This document shows, piece by piece, positions 9,034 to 18,848 of a stretch of DNA of 64,000 nt. How positions within the stretch are numbered: position 1 is the first letter of the stretch; each line of letters starts with the position of its first letter. Source of the stretch: a virus. The notes under the pieces were generated by a model that was not told the DNA's origin, made no database searches, and was given only the letters and a program-made list of their open reading frames with translations. Position numbers and translations under genes: made by a program. The stretch covers positions 64,001 through 128,000 of IMG/VR virus record IMGVR_UViG_3300010885_057925, one strand, 5' to 3'.

Positions 9034-11283
9034 TCACCAGTCGATCTTGGTTCTGAAGAGGAATCTGTCCTCGCTTCTCTTCACGATCGGCTGGGCGAGC
9101 TGGGATCTCGCGACGACGTTCAAGTTGTCATCATGGAAATTAATGCCCGTGATGATGACAGGTCCGACTGAGGTCTCAGAGGGAACGTCAGAGGCAGTTA
9201 GGGGTTGGAAAGACGGGTTCGAGCTCGAGTTGATCTGTCCCGCAGGGCATGGGACGGCTATCTGCATCACGTGAACCGGGCGCTCGCCACGCATTTCCAT
9301 TGTGAAAGAGCTTGTACCGAACTGTGCCAGCATGGGAGACTTTATCACAGTGATACCCTCATCGTATAGGACAGTGCCGACACCAGCCCATGTCGCGTGG
9401 GGCGTGAGAGCGTCAGCTCGATAGAGGCCTCCGAAGCCATTGTCTTTCAGGGTGATTGCAATCTCTCCGCTAGAGCCCGTCAGATCGGGGTCGACCAGTT
9501 TCAAGCTTCCCGGGTGTATCCTGGCACCGTAGAAGAGATTGCTAGAATCGAAGATTACAACAGCGTCCGACGAGTTGTCTCCAGTCCTAGTGTAGCGCTC
9601 TGGTATATCCACACCAGCGTGAGGAGCGTCGTATGTTGCGGGTGACGTGGCAATGGGCAAAGACGCTGTCGGGATTACGTCTCTTAGAGACACCAGCGAC
9701 AGATCAAGGTTTCCGAAATCATCCACAAACCTCCAGTGAGCCGATCCTGTCACTGGAGGTCTTTGCTCTAGCGTTCCGCTGACCAGTACCCCGTAATCAA
9801 CCTGGAGCTTACCATTATCGCATGGTAGGATCGTCAGATTTCTTTTTTTGAATTTTGACTGGTTGTACAGAGATTGCCCTGCAACGGCATTCGCAGATCC
9901 TGTTAGATTGTAAAGTCTCGGATAGACTCCGGTCGCAAAATCTCTAACGTAATTTTCAACGTTGACTTCTATTTCGTTAGAGTTGAAATGAAGCAGAGAA
10001 TTGTACGGGCTTGATCCCGCACGTTGAGTGACAAAATTAAGATTAAGGTTGGACTTGCTCGTTCCCAAATCTTTCAATATTTCTGGGTATGAGCCCATAA
10101 CTTTGTGATAAGACTGACTGGTGAATAGCACGGGAACATAAAAAACAAGGTGCTCTGGTATCGAGGAGCCGACGCTGTTGGATTGATAATTCTTTATCTC
10201 TGAATCAGAGAGATACTTGTTCCATATCTTCACATCATGAATTTCTGAACGAAGCGGATGAGAAAGAGCGCCAGGATAGTCGTTAGAATAATTTCCGACC
10301 AGGCTGCTCAAGTTGACTCCTTCATAGAAATTCCCAAGCACGACAGAGCTATTCGGTCGAGTAAAGAACACGCTTGACGCGCTGAACGCTCCAACCTCGG
10401 TTCCATCAACCACGAAAGATCCGTACCCTAAAGCGCTGGATCTCGATCGCGACCATCTCACAGCGACGTGATGCCAGCAATTATAGCTCAGAGCGTTGTC
10501 GTTAGACTTGAAGACATAGGATCCCGATGCTGTGGACGGCGCCAGATAAGACGCTGCAGTTCCTAGCTGGAGCTGAAGTCTGAACTTATCGTTTCGACCA
10601 GATTCATCTTTGTGCGAACCAGTAATGATCGAAAGCGTGAAAGATCCAGATATCTGGGCTATCGTTCCTGCTTTATACTCTTCTCCAACTTCCGGCTTGT
10701 ACCTAGGGTTTAGGTAAAAATCAATTGAAAATTCGCTGTTTGTAGTAGCAGATGGGTCGAAAATCCCATGTGGATACATCAACGATGATGAATTCGCAGT
10801 TACGTCCGAAGATAAGAAGAAGTTCAGACACTGGTAATTGGTGAAAGACCAGTCGGCGTAGTGATTCTTAGGCTTATGATAATGAAAAAGATTACGTTGA
10901 ATCGCAGATTTTTTAAGCGAACCCGTGTCAAAACTAAATGGAGGAACGAATCTCGTGATCTCCATCTTTTTTGACTTGTCAGCGTTACGACTGAATGATG
11001 AAACGTACTTGTCAAAAGCAGAGCTTACGACGCTCTGGGCGACGCCCGGGTCTGGTCGAAGAGCAAAAAGATCGCTGTACGACGTTAACGTGGTGCCCTC
11101 GTCCGGGTACGGGCTGGCGCCGAATGACGCTGATACAACGTCCTTCTCTATCGTAGAAAGACGCGGAAACACGGGCACAGAGCCCGTGACCCCAGTCAAC
11201 GAAGACGATGAGAAGTAACGGCGAGGTCTCGCAATGACAGTGAATCTCTCAAAGTTATCCGGACCGAGCTTGATTATCGACAA
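9034..11283 (-). CDS. Virion structural protein with LamG-like domain and C-terminal baseplate/tail-collar-like domain
   Basis: WHHVAVRW...FVVDG...EIHDVKIWNKYLS (LamG-like); C-terminus ITGINFHDDNLNVVARSQLAQPIVK is paralogous to the next gene; GGAGG before TTG start. Confidence 0.7.
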   Translation of the reverse strand: MSIIKLGPDNFERFTVIARPRRYFSSSSLTGVTGSVPVFPRLSTIEKDVVSASFGASPYPDEGTTLTSYSDLFALRPDPGVAQSVVSSAFDKYVSSFSRNADKSKKMEITRFVPPFSFDTGSLKKSAIQRNLFHYHKPKNHYADWSFTNYQCLNFFLSSDVTANSSSLMYPHGIFDPSATTNSEFSIDFYLNPRYKPEVGEEYKAGTIAQISGSFTLSIITGSHKDESGRNDKFRLQLQLGTAASYLAPSTASGSYVFKSNDNALSYNCWHHVAVRWSRSRSSALGYGSFVVDGTEVGAFSASSVFFTRPNSSVVLGNFYEGVNLSSLVGNYSNDYPGALSHPLRSEIHDVKIWNKYLSDSEIKNYQSNSVGSSIPEHLVFYVPVLFTSQSYHKVMGSYPEILKDLGTSKSNLNLNFVTQRAGSSPYNSLLHFNSNEIEVNVENYVRDFATGVYPRLYNLTGSANAVAGQSLYNQSKFKKRNLTILPCDNGKLQVDYGVLVSGTLEQRPPVTGSAHWRFVDDFGNLDLSLVSLRDVIPTASLPIATSPATYDAPHAGVDIPERYTRTGDNSSDAVVIFDSSNLFYGARIHPGSLKLVDPDLTGSSGEIAITLKDNGFGGLYRADALTPHATWAGVGTVLYDEGITVIKSPMLAQFGTSSFTMEMRGERPVHVMQIAVPCPAGQINSSSNPSFQPLTASDVPSETSVGPVIITGINFHDDNLNVVARSQLAQPIVKRSEDRFLFRTKIDW

Positions 11284-11292
11284 GATTCCTCC

Positions 11293-12600
11293 TTAGAAGT
11301 CCAGGCGAATTCTTATCGTCAGGTCCTTTTCATCATTTTTTTCAACCGGTCTCGAGAGCTTTGCGACTGCCAGCAGATTGTCGTTCGCATCGTAGAGGCC
11401 GACCGTCGTGGCGAAGTTGAAGGCACGCTGAGTATCTTCTTGACCCGCATCGATAACGACGATCCTTCCGTCTCCGTCAACATATGTTGGGTTGGACGAG
11501 TAGTTGAACTCATCAGCCCCTGCGCGACAGAAGACGAGAGTGCTATTGATGTTTGTCGTATTCTGGAATGTGACCGCTGTGTTTGAGCCAGAGCTAAAAC
11601 GACAGGAGGCAATGTGATCGACGATGTCGTCCATACTGCCCGATGTCAGGAAGTCGGGGATGAAGCGAGCCGATGGGTTAGAACCGTAGGAGGACTGTAG
11701 CACGCTGCCCGACCCGATGATCGTTTCGTTAGTCGCTAGACCAGAGACCCCCGGATTTCCAACGACGGAAGAGATAGTTCCAGAGACATGCTGACCGCCC
11801 CACATGATTTTCGAGAGATCGAGAACTGCAGTTCCAGCGTCGTAGAACATAAGTCCGATCTTGCGGCTCGTGTTCGACGCATCGACGATCTCACCGACCT
11901 CTCCGCCGAATGTGGTTCGCTTAGAGCTCGCAGCCCCGACATCCGTGAAGATGGCAGATCCGGAGATCGAAGTCCTGAAGAGATTGCTGCCAGTCGTAAT
12001 TGTGGCTGCCGATGCGAGGCTGGACTCCTGTGATGACTTATTCGCCGTGGGAGCACCGTCCAGCGTCGCGGTCGTGTAGAAGCGCATCGCAAAAGTCTCA
12101 CGCTTGATCTTGTCACGTGCGAAGAGGCGCTTGAAGTTGAGGAACAGAGCTTCGTTGATACGATCCGATGATGTGGCTGTCGGGTCTGTCGCAACCTGAA
12201 AGGGGGAGTAGAAAGCCTGATCAGCGTCGCCGAGTAGGCGGGATGCCTGCTGGCGGTACATGTCTACCTTCTCTCTCATCTGCATGGAGGAGCTTGGGAA
12301 GAGAAGCTTTCCCGCAGTGTCCTCTCCGATCTTAACGTTCTGAACCGTGCTACCTGAGTACCACAACCCCACTGTCATGTCGAATATCGGATTTGCAGTC
12401 TGGAGCGTGTAATCCTGATCGTACACAGTCTGGAAGAGAGAAGCAGTGACGCTTGTCGCTCCAGATCCCGTCACGAATACCTGATATGCGCGTCGAGTAG
12501 CGGATCCAGAGACATCCTCTTGGATCACGTCTACGAGCTGATTGAGAGCAGACCGGCTAGTCTTGATGTCTGCCGATGATATTTCTTTAAAAGTGGCCAT
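11293..12600 (-). CDS. Virion structural (baseplate/tail) protein
   Basis: C-terminal EFNYSSNPTY...TTVGLYDANDNLLAVAKLSRPVEK...IRLDF; located in structural module. Confidence 0.7.
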   Translation of the reverse strand: MATFKEISSADIKTSRSALNQLVDVIQEDVSGSATRRAYQVFVTGSGATSVTASLFQTVYDQDYTLQTANPIFDMTVGLWYSGSTVQNVKIGEDTAGKLLFPSSSMQMREKVDMYRQQASRLLGDADQAFYSPFQVATDPTATSSDRINEALFLNFKRLFARDKIKRETFAMRFYTTATLDGAPTANKSSQESSLASAATITTGSNLFRTSISGSAIFTDVGAASSKRTTFGGEVGEIVDASNTSRKIGLMFYDAGTAVLDLSKIMWGGQHVSGTISSVVGNPGVSGLATNETIIGSGSVLQSSYGSNPSARFIPDFLTSGSMDDIVDHIASCRFSSGSNTAVTFQNTTNINSTLVFCRAGADEFNYSSNPTYVDGDGRIVVIDAGQEDTQRAFNFATTVGLYDANDNLLAVAKLSRPVEKNDEKDLTIRIRLDF

Positions 12601-12617
12601 TTGTTAGAGCTTGCCTC

Positions 12618-13328
12618 TTACTTTGTAATCTGGACCTGGAATTCTTTCACGGCTCCCGACTGGAGGCCTGTGATGCTTACGACAGTCGTGATGATCGACT
12701 TGTTCTGTGAGTTACCGTAGACGGTGAACTGCGTATCAGTGAGTGATCTCACTGCGATCGGAAGCGTGACGCGAGAACCACCGGCTGACGTCTCGCCGGC
12801 AGAACGAAGGAGCAGGTACGTTGCGACGCCGTCCTTGTCGATCGTGTCAGGAGTGAGACCCGTGAGTGTGATGAACTGGTTCGCCATCTTAACGATGTAC
12901 GATTGATCGCGAAGCTCTGGGTCGATCAGGCTCTCGCCTGTGATCGTCTGCTCTAGTGTGACCTGGCGTGTTGCTGCTGTTCCGGTTCTCGTCATCGAGA
13001 TGATCGTACCCGTCGAGTCAGCGCCCGTCGAGGTCAGAGCGATCAGAGGAATACGCACAAGATTCGGATTGGAGATCGAAATCGCGCGATACTTGAGAGC
13101 TAGGTTCGCGTTTGTCTGAGCTTCGAAAACCGGGGTATTTTTCTCGATCTTCTCCTTTCCGACCGTGCGTCCGAACTTCTGAATCATTGTGTAGTCGACC
13201 TCATCATCGCCCAACGCGAACTTGATGATGGAGAAGCTACCGTCGTTACGTGCCAAGAATTCACGACCGATGTCGGTCAGCACAGCATCGACTATGATGT
13301 TGTTTGTTGAGTGGTCAAGAAATCCCAT
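12618..13328 (-). CDS. Virion structural protein
   Basis: N-terminus MGFLD...VDAVLTDIGREFLA...FALGDDEVDY is paralogous to 21219..22139. Confidence 0.7.
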   Translation of the reverse strand: MGFLDHSTNNIIVDAVLTDIGREFLARNDGSFSIIKFALGDDEVDYTMIQKFGRTVGKEKIEKNTPVFEAQTNANLALKYRAISISNPNLVRIPLIALTSTGADSTGTIISMTRTGTAATRQVTLEQTITGESLIDPELRDQSYIVKMANQFITLTGLTPDTIDKDGVATYLLLRSAGETSAGGSRVTLPIAVRSLTDTQFTVYGNSQNKSIITTVVSITGLQSGAVKEFQVQITK

Positions 13329-13358
13329 CTTCTAGTTGTCCCTGCTCATAGATATTAG

Positions 13359-13407
13359 AATTTTCAAGTTCTCCTATAAACTTTTTTGATGAGAACTTGA
13401 AAGAATT
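13359..13407. other. Intergenic inverted repeat (possible terminator or regulatory hairpin)
   Basis: TTTCAAGTTCTC (13362-13373) and GAGAACTTGAAA (13391-13402) form a perfect 12-bp stem with a 17-nt loop. Confidence 0.55.
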
Positions 13408-15130
13408 AAGTTGTGGTCGCAGATTCTACGACGCCAGCGACGTAATTCGTCGGATCGCTGATCGAAACGCTGATGCTTGATTGCTTCTGCCTGTCGATGT
13501 TGATCAGTTGAATCTGGTATATCGCTGAATTAGAGGTGCGGAGGAATCCCTGGTCGCGCTTGTCAGAATTTGTGACTGCCAAGTACTCGGGATCGAAGTA
13601 GACTCTCATTTTGGTTGATCCGCTTGATTTAACGCTGTCTAGGGTGAGCTCAGCGTTTAAATATGTGTTCGGGTATTGCTTCGCGGCACCGGACGGAGAG
13701 ATGAGCTCTTTGATGAGCTTGTTCCTGTATCTGTCGAATCTCGCCCTGAACTGCATACCGTAGTTCGATGATTGGCCGTGCGCGTCAACGGAACACATCG
13801 TGTAGATGTAATCAGAGTCTTTATTGAACTCAGAATCCACGTAGTAATTTACCGGACCTTGAAATTTCGATATCAAAGAGTTGTCGATGGTCTCGGGAAA
13901 TGGAGTTCTCTCAACTGAATCGTCGAAATCTATCATTCTTATCAACGAGTACGGTTCGTTGATCGAGCTTCTACGAAATACCTGCCAGTATTTGATGTCT
14001 CTCTGCGAGTTGCTGGGAAACGACCAAACGATCTGAAGCGTGGAATCCTGATAATTCCAATGAAGATTGAAATCAGCGGGCGAGGGAGGCGGGACCGTCT
14101 CCTCTGCGGTTAGTGAAACAGACTTCGAAGGATCTGACAGGAACGGAATCAAGCAGAGCTTGTCCTCTCTAGCAGCTCCCTCTCCGACCGTTAAGTTGTT
14201 GTAGACCGCTGTGATGGATCTAATTCTGTAAGAATACGTTTGACCGTACACGATATTGGTGTCCAAGTAGCTTTTCGTTCCGCGCCTGACAACATGCCTC
14301 GTTGGCTGTGGGTCGGTAGAGACGCTAGAGAACTTCTCTATCATATACCCTAGCAACACTGGTCGACTGGCTAATGAGCCCTCGTCTGGAATCTCGGAAG
14401 CCTCGAACGAAGGGTCGGTGTCCCCCAACGTCGGAGCATCGTCGGTATTGACGAATAGGGATTTTAAAGAACTAACGGCGTTGTAGGAAGCTCGGGCTGC
14501 CGGAGATCCCTCAAACTCTCTGAACGCTGCTCTGGCGCGTTCCTCGTCCAGTAACGCCTGAAACGACTCATCGTTAGAATCATCATCGACTGCGACTGTG
14601 GCACGTTCTAATCCACCGTACGACTCTGGTCCTAATCCGGCTATCTCTAGCCATTGCTGGTCGAAACTTTCACCCAAGATAGCCTTAACGGAAATAGCTG
14701 TGTCTGCTATTGATCCCGTGCTAAGACCTCTTAGGGCTGCGGACTCTCTTAATCTTTCTCCGACTCTAACGTTGAAATCATAATCCTGGACAGCTGCAAA
14801 ATATGAGTTGCGTGTAAGAGTGTCTGCGCTATTAATAGCATCCAGCGGATCCTGACTGCCCTCTATCGATGCGAAAAGCTCCTCCTGCCGAGTCGTTAAA
14901 TCAGAATTTTCAGGTATGATCCCGAGACTAGATCCCACAAAGTTTCCAGACTCCAGCGGTGACCAGTCAAGCTTAAACGCGCGTGGGTATCGATCCGGGG
15001 GTTGAGTCCCGATCGCAACTTTCTCGTCAGCTTCGAAAAAGTTGTATATGAACTGTAGTCTCAAACTAGACGGAGAGGGTATATCAGCCGCGTGAAATGG
15101 GCGGCTGACGTCTCGAGTGATTATGGACAA
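13406..15130 (-). CDS. Putative virion protein with Fn3/Ig-like domains
   Basis: YLDTNIVYGQTYSYRIRS, PPPSPADF..W..LQIVWSFP..IKYWQVFRR, YIYTMCSVDAHGQSS. Confidence 0.6.
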   Translation of the reverse strand: MSIITRDVSRPFHAADIPSPSSLRLQFIYNFFEADEKVAIGTQPPDRYPRAFKLDWSPLESGNFVGSSLGIIPENSDLTTRQEELFASIEGSQDPLDAINSADTLTRNSYFAAVQDYDFNVRVGERLRESAALRGLSTGSIADTAISVKAILGESFDQQWLEIAGLGPESYGGLERATVAVDDDSNDESFQALLDEERARAAFREFEGSPAARASYNAVSSLKSLFVNTDDAPTLGDTDPSFEASEIPDEGSLASRPVLLGYMIEKFSSVSTDPQPTRHVVRRGTKSYLDTNIVYGQTYSYRIRSITAVYNNLTVGEGAAREDKLCLIPFLSDPSKSVSLTAEETVPPPSPADFNLHWNYQDSTLQIVWSFPSNSQRDIKYWQVFRRSSINEPYSLIRMIDFDDSVERTPFPETIDNSLISKFQGPVNYYVDSEFNKDSDYIYTMCSVDAHGQSSNYGMQFRARFDRYRNKLIKELISPSGAAKQYPNTYLNAELTLDSVKSSGSTKMRVYFDPEYLAVTNSDKRDQGFLRTSNSAIYQIQLINIDRQKQSSISVSISDPTNYVAGVVESATTT

Positions 15131-15134
15131 TTTC

Positions 15135-18100
15135 TCATCTCCGCTTTTTTGGGTTGAAGCTCTTCATAGCAGTAGAACCATTTTGAATTATACTTGAAAC
15201 TTGAGACGATTGAGCGATTGTTTCGGTGGTAATTTTTTGGGGTCTACGTGAGTTAGTTCTGCGTCTAGATGGAGGCGTATCAGAATTCCTGTCTCTTTGA
15301 TCTCTGCCTGGATCAGAACTCTCAAGCTCTGGTGGGGTTATGACTACCTGCTCTGGCGGCCTGCTTCCCCATGAGCCTCGTGATCTAGGAGTTCCATCGT
15401 CAACTCGAGGATTCACGCTCTCGTCGGGCACATCATCCTGCGATTCAGGAGCTGTCGCAGGAGCTTCGATTATGGGCCTGTAATCTGAGACAAGCGCAGA
15501 GAAGCTGCAGACTGACATTCCACCGTTATGCGGATCTTGATCCTTCAAAAACACCCTTGTGGATGAGTCGGAGTTGGAAACTGGTCTCACATCAGAGAAT
15601 GTTAGACCGTAGTCCAGCACGATATTTGAATTTATTTCCAAAGTGAAGCTGTCTGGGTCAACGGGTATCATGAGGACCCTGTCGTGATTAAAGTCACGAG
15701 CCAACCTGGATAGAAGTCTGGAAGATCTAAGAATGTAGGACGAAGCGAGGTTCGCAAGAATCTCTTTCTTGGGAGTGCTCACTCCGCTTGACGTCTCATT
15801 AAAGTTTACGTATCCGTCCTGGAATATGGATGAAATCGATGACGCTGGTGGAAGAGAAATATCGGGTATGCTCAAATTCGAAAGAGAATTTAGCGCGTTT
15901 ATTCCAACGTTGGAGATTGACGTGTCGTTGTCGATCGCAGTCGATTCGTCAAGAACAAAACCCGACGTGTAATAATGGTATCTCTCTATCATAGCAGAGT
16001 TGTAGGCGTTTACGACAACTTGTTTCAACGTCGCAGCGTCCACATCTGGGTTCAAGCTAGCGTACTTGACGTTGATGTCGAAGTACGAATACGGACCGAG
16101 CTCTCCGCTTCTATCGAAAAGATAATACTCGGTCTCAGAACTTTCTACATTGGGACCTAGATTTCCCAGGAACAGCGCTGGGTCGAAGACGTAATCTTTT
16201 CTTTCGAAAGCATTAGCGATGTGGTATCGATAATCGACCTTTCCGATCGACACCTTGACAAGATTACTCTTATCAGACATCTGTCCGGTAATCGTGGATT
16301 TCGGAACTCCTACGTGAAGAACTCGTAGATTTTTTAAGCTGTTGTCAGCGAAACAATTCGGAATAGCTTCGGAGTTGAGATTCGAAAGGTAAGAGACAAC
16401 GGGCGAGACATTCGAAAAGACTCGAGGCAGATATCCTGATGTTTCAGACGGGCTCCATTTTTTCAGCATAGCACGTCTAAGCGCAACACCATGCGGAGTA
16501 ATCTCTGACAAGGCTTTGAGACGACCCTCATCGCTTGAGAAGCTCAAATCTTTCGAGAGCTCGGTGAAGTTTGTAATCGCGAGTCTTCTAAATTCTTTGA
16601 TGCTTCTAGAGTACGCGTTCAAGAAAGCATAAGCGTTCTGATAAGTTTCAACGTACTTTCTTGTATTAATGAAATCGACCGAAGCAGAGTTACTCGCAGT
16701 GTCGTTATTTGAAGATATCAAAGAGCGTATGCTAGAACCGACCGGACTGAGTGTGTTTCCACCGAAATTGAACCCAAATTTAGCGTGCCAATAGCCTCCA
16801 GATGACACTCTTTCTACTGAAAGCCCGAGGTTTATCGGAAACGTTGAATAACAAATAAAAGAAAAACAGCTTACTATCAACGACATAATCGCGTATTCAT
16901 CCATTTTTCCGTAAGCAGTGAAACCGCTCGTTTCAACGACGCTGTAACCGTCTGGAGCAGAATTTTTGCATTTTTCGATTAGATCGTCGTAGATATCGAC
17001 CATTAAGCTGAATATTGTTCCTTCTGCATCCCAAGATTCACGATAGTAATTGTACGGATGATCCGAGATATCGACTTGAAATCCTTCTGGATATTCATCT
17101 GTAGAAATTCTTGAAGCAACGTCTTTGTCGTATGTCCCGATTCCAACTACATTTCCTCTTTTCGATATCGCAACCTTAGTGAATCGATCGGCTTTCTCAT
17201 CTATATTCGAGTTATCACTAGCAGCACGAGCAATGACACGACCTGAAATGGTATTTTGAGAACTGGCGGAGATCACGTTCGTTTTTGTTTGGGTCGTCAC
17301 GACTTTAGCGTCGCTTTTTAACGTCTCGCTGTCTTCTGATGTCTTAGTCGTCGAAACAGTGACAGAAGAAGCCGGTGATTCTGACGAAAAAGACGCGCTT
17401 TCTATGTTTTGCTTGATTCTATTGTATTTAATAGATCCCAAGCATCGAAGTATGTACTGCCTAAACTCTGATTTGCTTATTATTCTGCCTTCTGAATCTT
17501 TGATTTTTGATTCATCGTTCGCTGCCTCTTGCAAAGCAATAAGCTGATATTTGTTTATAGCGCTTTGGTCAGCAAGAGCTAACGCGTCAGCGAAACTTTC
17601 CAAAACTTTCTTGAAAATCGAAATTGGAGTCAATCCGTTCTGTTCATCTAGAAAACTGACAAGGCTTTCAGTTATTCTTTGAAGTTGAGATATCGATGCT
17701 TCAAGCTGGTCGTTGTAAGAACTCAATTCATCGAAATTCAAATTACCAACCGCGATGGCATCTCTTACCAAAGCGCGCTCGCCAGACACGTAATTTTCGC
17801 CCGATAGTTTTCTACTCGGTATGACTTTCGTCCCGTCCGTCTTATCGTATCTAGCTATTTTCAAAGCGTGATTGAACGGCTCGATTCTTTTGGTGTATAA
17901 AGATCCGTCAGAAACGACTTTGGTCGTCGTGTCATCCAGCTTCTGAACTGACGTTAATTTGGCTCCATCGAAAATTTTATCAGCGTCCGCTATTGTTGAA
18001 ACGTTCAATCCAATTTCTGATTGAATGCTTTTTGCCCTTGCAATTCCTGCCGATAAATTCATCGTGCTGGACAAAGCGTGAACGCACAGTAGGAGCTCTG

Positions 18101-18848
18101 ATATGTTATTGGATTGAGAAAATCTAGTGATCGCTTCCCATGGATAATTTCCCTCTGCATTCGGATCGTAAGATCTGGTTTGACCTATGACGCTAGTCAG
18201 CTCGAAAGCTGCTTTCGCGTATCCGTTGTTAAAATTTGTGGATCTTGATCGCAGCTCTCTGAACAGCAGCAGCATGATATCGCTGCTTGAGAGATTGTCG
18301 ATCGGGACGCTGATTATGTCAGAGATTGAAACTGATCTAGCGGAAGCCGGTGACAGGCCATCGACCAGCTTGCCTGTGAGAAAATCTCTGAACTTCTCTT
18401 CGAATCCTTTCTGGGATGATGAGACATCGAGAGAACCTATCAAGCTCTCGACCGATGTCAAAAAGACATTGAGGTCATCGACAAATTTTTTCGCAGCTAC
18501 GACATCATCCTCCGTGGCTTTTTTCAAAGACGACCAGGTCCCCGCTGGATCTTCTTCAAGCGCACGGGTGATCACGTGGGTGACGTCCTGGATCTTGAGT
18601 TGCTCGAGTGATTGAGAGACTTTCAAGTAATTTAAGACTCTCTCATTTCCTGCTAGAAGCTTTGAAATTCCGAGTATCTCCGTCGGAATTTTGGTTGATT
18701 CGACCGCTGGCGTTTCGTCTCGAGATGGAGTTGGTTTCGAGCCCCCAAGAGCAGCTGGAAGATTGGCCCTATTCTTTTCTTGCGATGCTTCTAACCCGCG
18801 AGGCAATCCGCTTGATTTTCTATCTGAGCCTTTCGAAGGAATTGCCAT
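15135..18848 (-). CDS. Large hypothetical protein (1237 aa), probably virion-associated
   Basis: Long ORF inside structural module; helical N-terminal half, low-complexity basic termini; no recognised motif. Confidence 0.6.
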   Translation of the reverse strand: MAIPSKGSDRKSSGLPRGLEASQEKNRANLPAALGGSKPTPSRDETPAVESTKIPTEILGISKLLAGNERVLNYLKVSQSLEQLKIQDVTHVITRALEEDPAGTWSSLKKATEDDVVAAKKFVDDLNVFLTSVESLIGSLDVSSSQKGFEEKFRDFLTGKLVDGLSPASARSVSISDIISVPIDNLSSSDIMLLLFRELRSRSTNFNNGYAKAAFELTSVIGQTRSYDPNAEGNYPWEAITRFSQSNNISELLLCVHALSSTMNLSAGIARAKSIQSEIGLNVSTIADADKIFDGAKLTSVQKLDDTTTKVVSDGSLYTKRIEPFNHALKIARYDKTDGTKVIPSRKLSGENYVSGERALVRDAIAVGNLNFDELSSYNDQLEASISQLQRITESLVSFLDEQNGLTPISIFKKVLESFADALALADQSAINKYQLIALQEAANDESKIKDSEGRIISKSEFRQYILRCLGSIKYNRIKQNIESASFSSESPASSVTVSTTKTSEDSETLKSDAKVVTTQTKTNVISASSQNTISGRVIARAASDNSNIDEKADRFTKVAISKRGNVVGIGTYDKDVASRISTDEYPEGFQVDISDHPYNYYRESWDAEGTIFSLMVDIYDDLIEKCKNSAPDGYSVVETSGFTAYGKMDEYAIMSLIVSCFSFICYSTFPINLGLSVERVSSGGYWHAKFGFNFGGNTLSPVGSSIRSLISSNNDTASNSASVDFINTRKYVETYQNAYAFLNAYSRSIKEFRRLAITNFTELSKDLSFSSDEGRLKALSEITPHGVALRRAMLKKWSPSETSGYLPRVFSNVSPVVSYLSNLNSEAIPNCFADNSLKNLRVLHVGVPKSTITGQMSDKSNLVKVSIGKVDYRYHIANAFERKDYVFDPALFLGNLGPNVESSETEYYLFDRSGELGPYSYFDINVKYASLNPDVDAATLKQVVVNAYNSAMIERYHYYTSGFVLDESTAIDNDTSISNVGINALNSLSNLSIPDISLPPASSISSIFQDGYVNFNETSSGVSTPKKEILANLASSYILRSSRLLSRLARDFNHDRVLMIPVDPDSFTLEINSNIVLDYGLTFSDVRPVSNSDSSTRVFLKDQDPHNGGMSVCSFSALVSDYRPIIEAPATAPESQDDVPDESVNPRVDDGTPRSRGSWGSRPPEQVVITPPELESSDPGRDQRDRNSDTPPSRRRTNSRRPQKITTETIAQSSQVSSIIQNGSTAMKSFNPKKRR

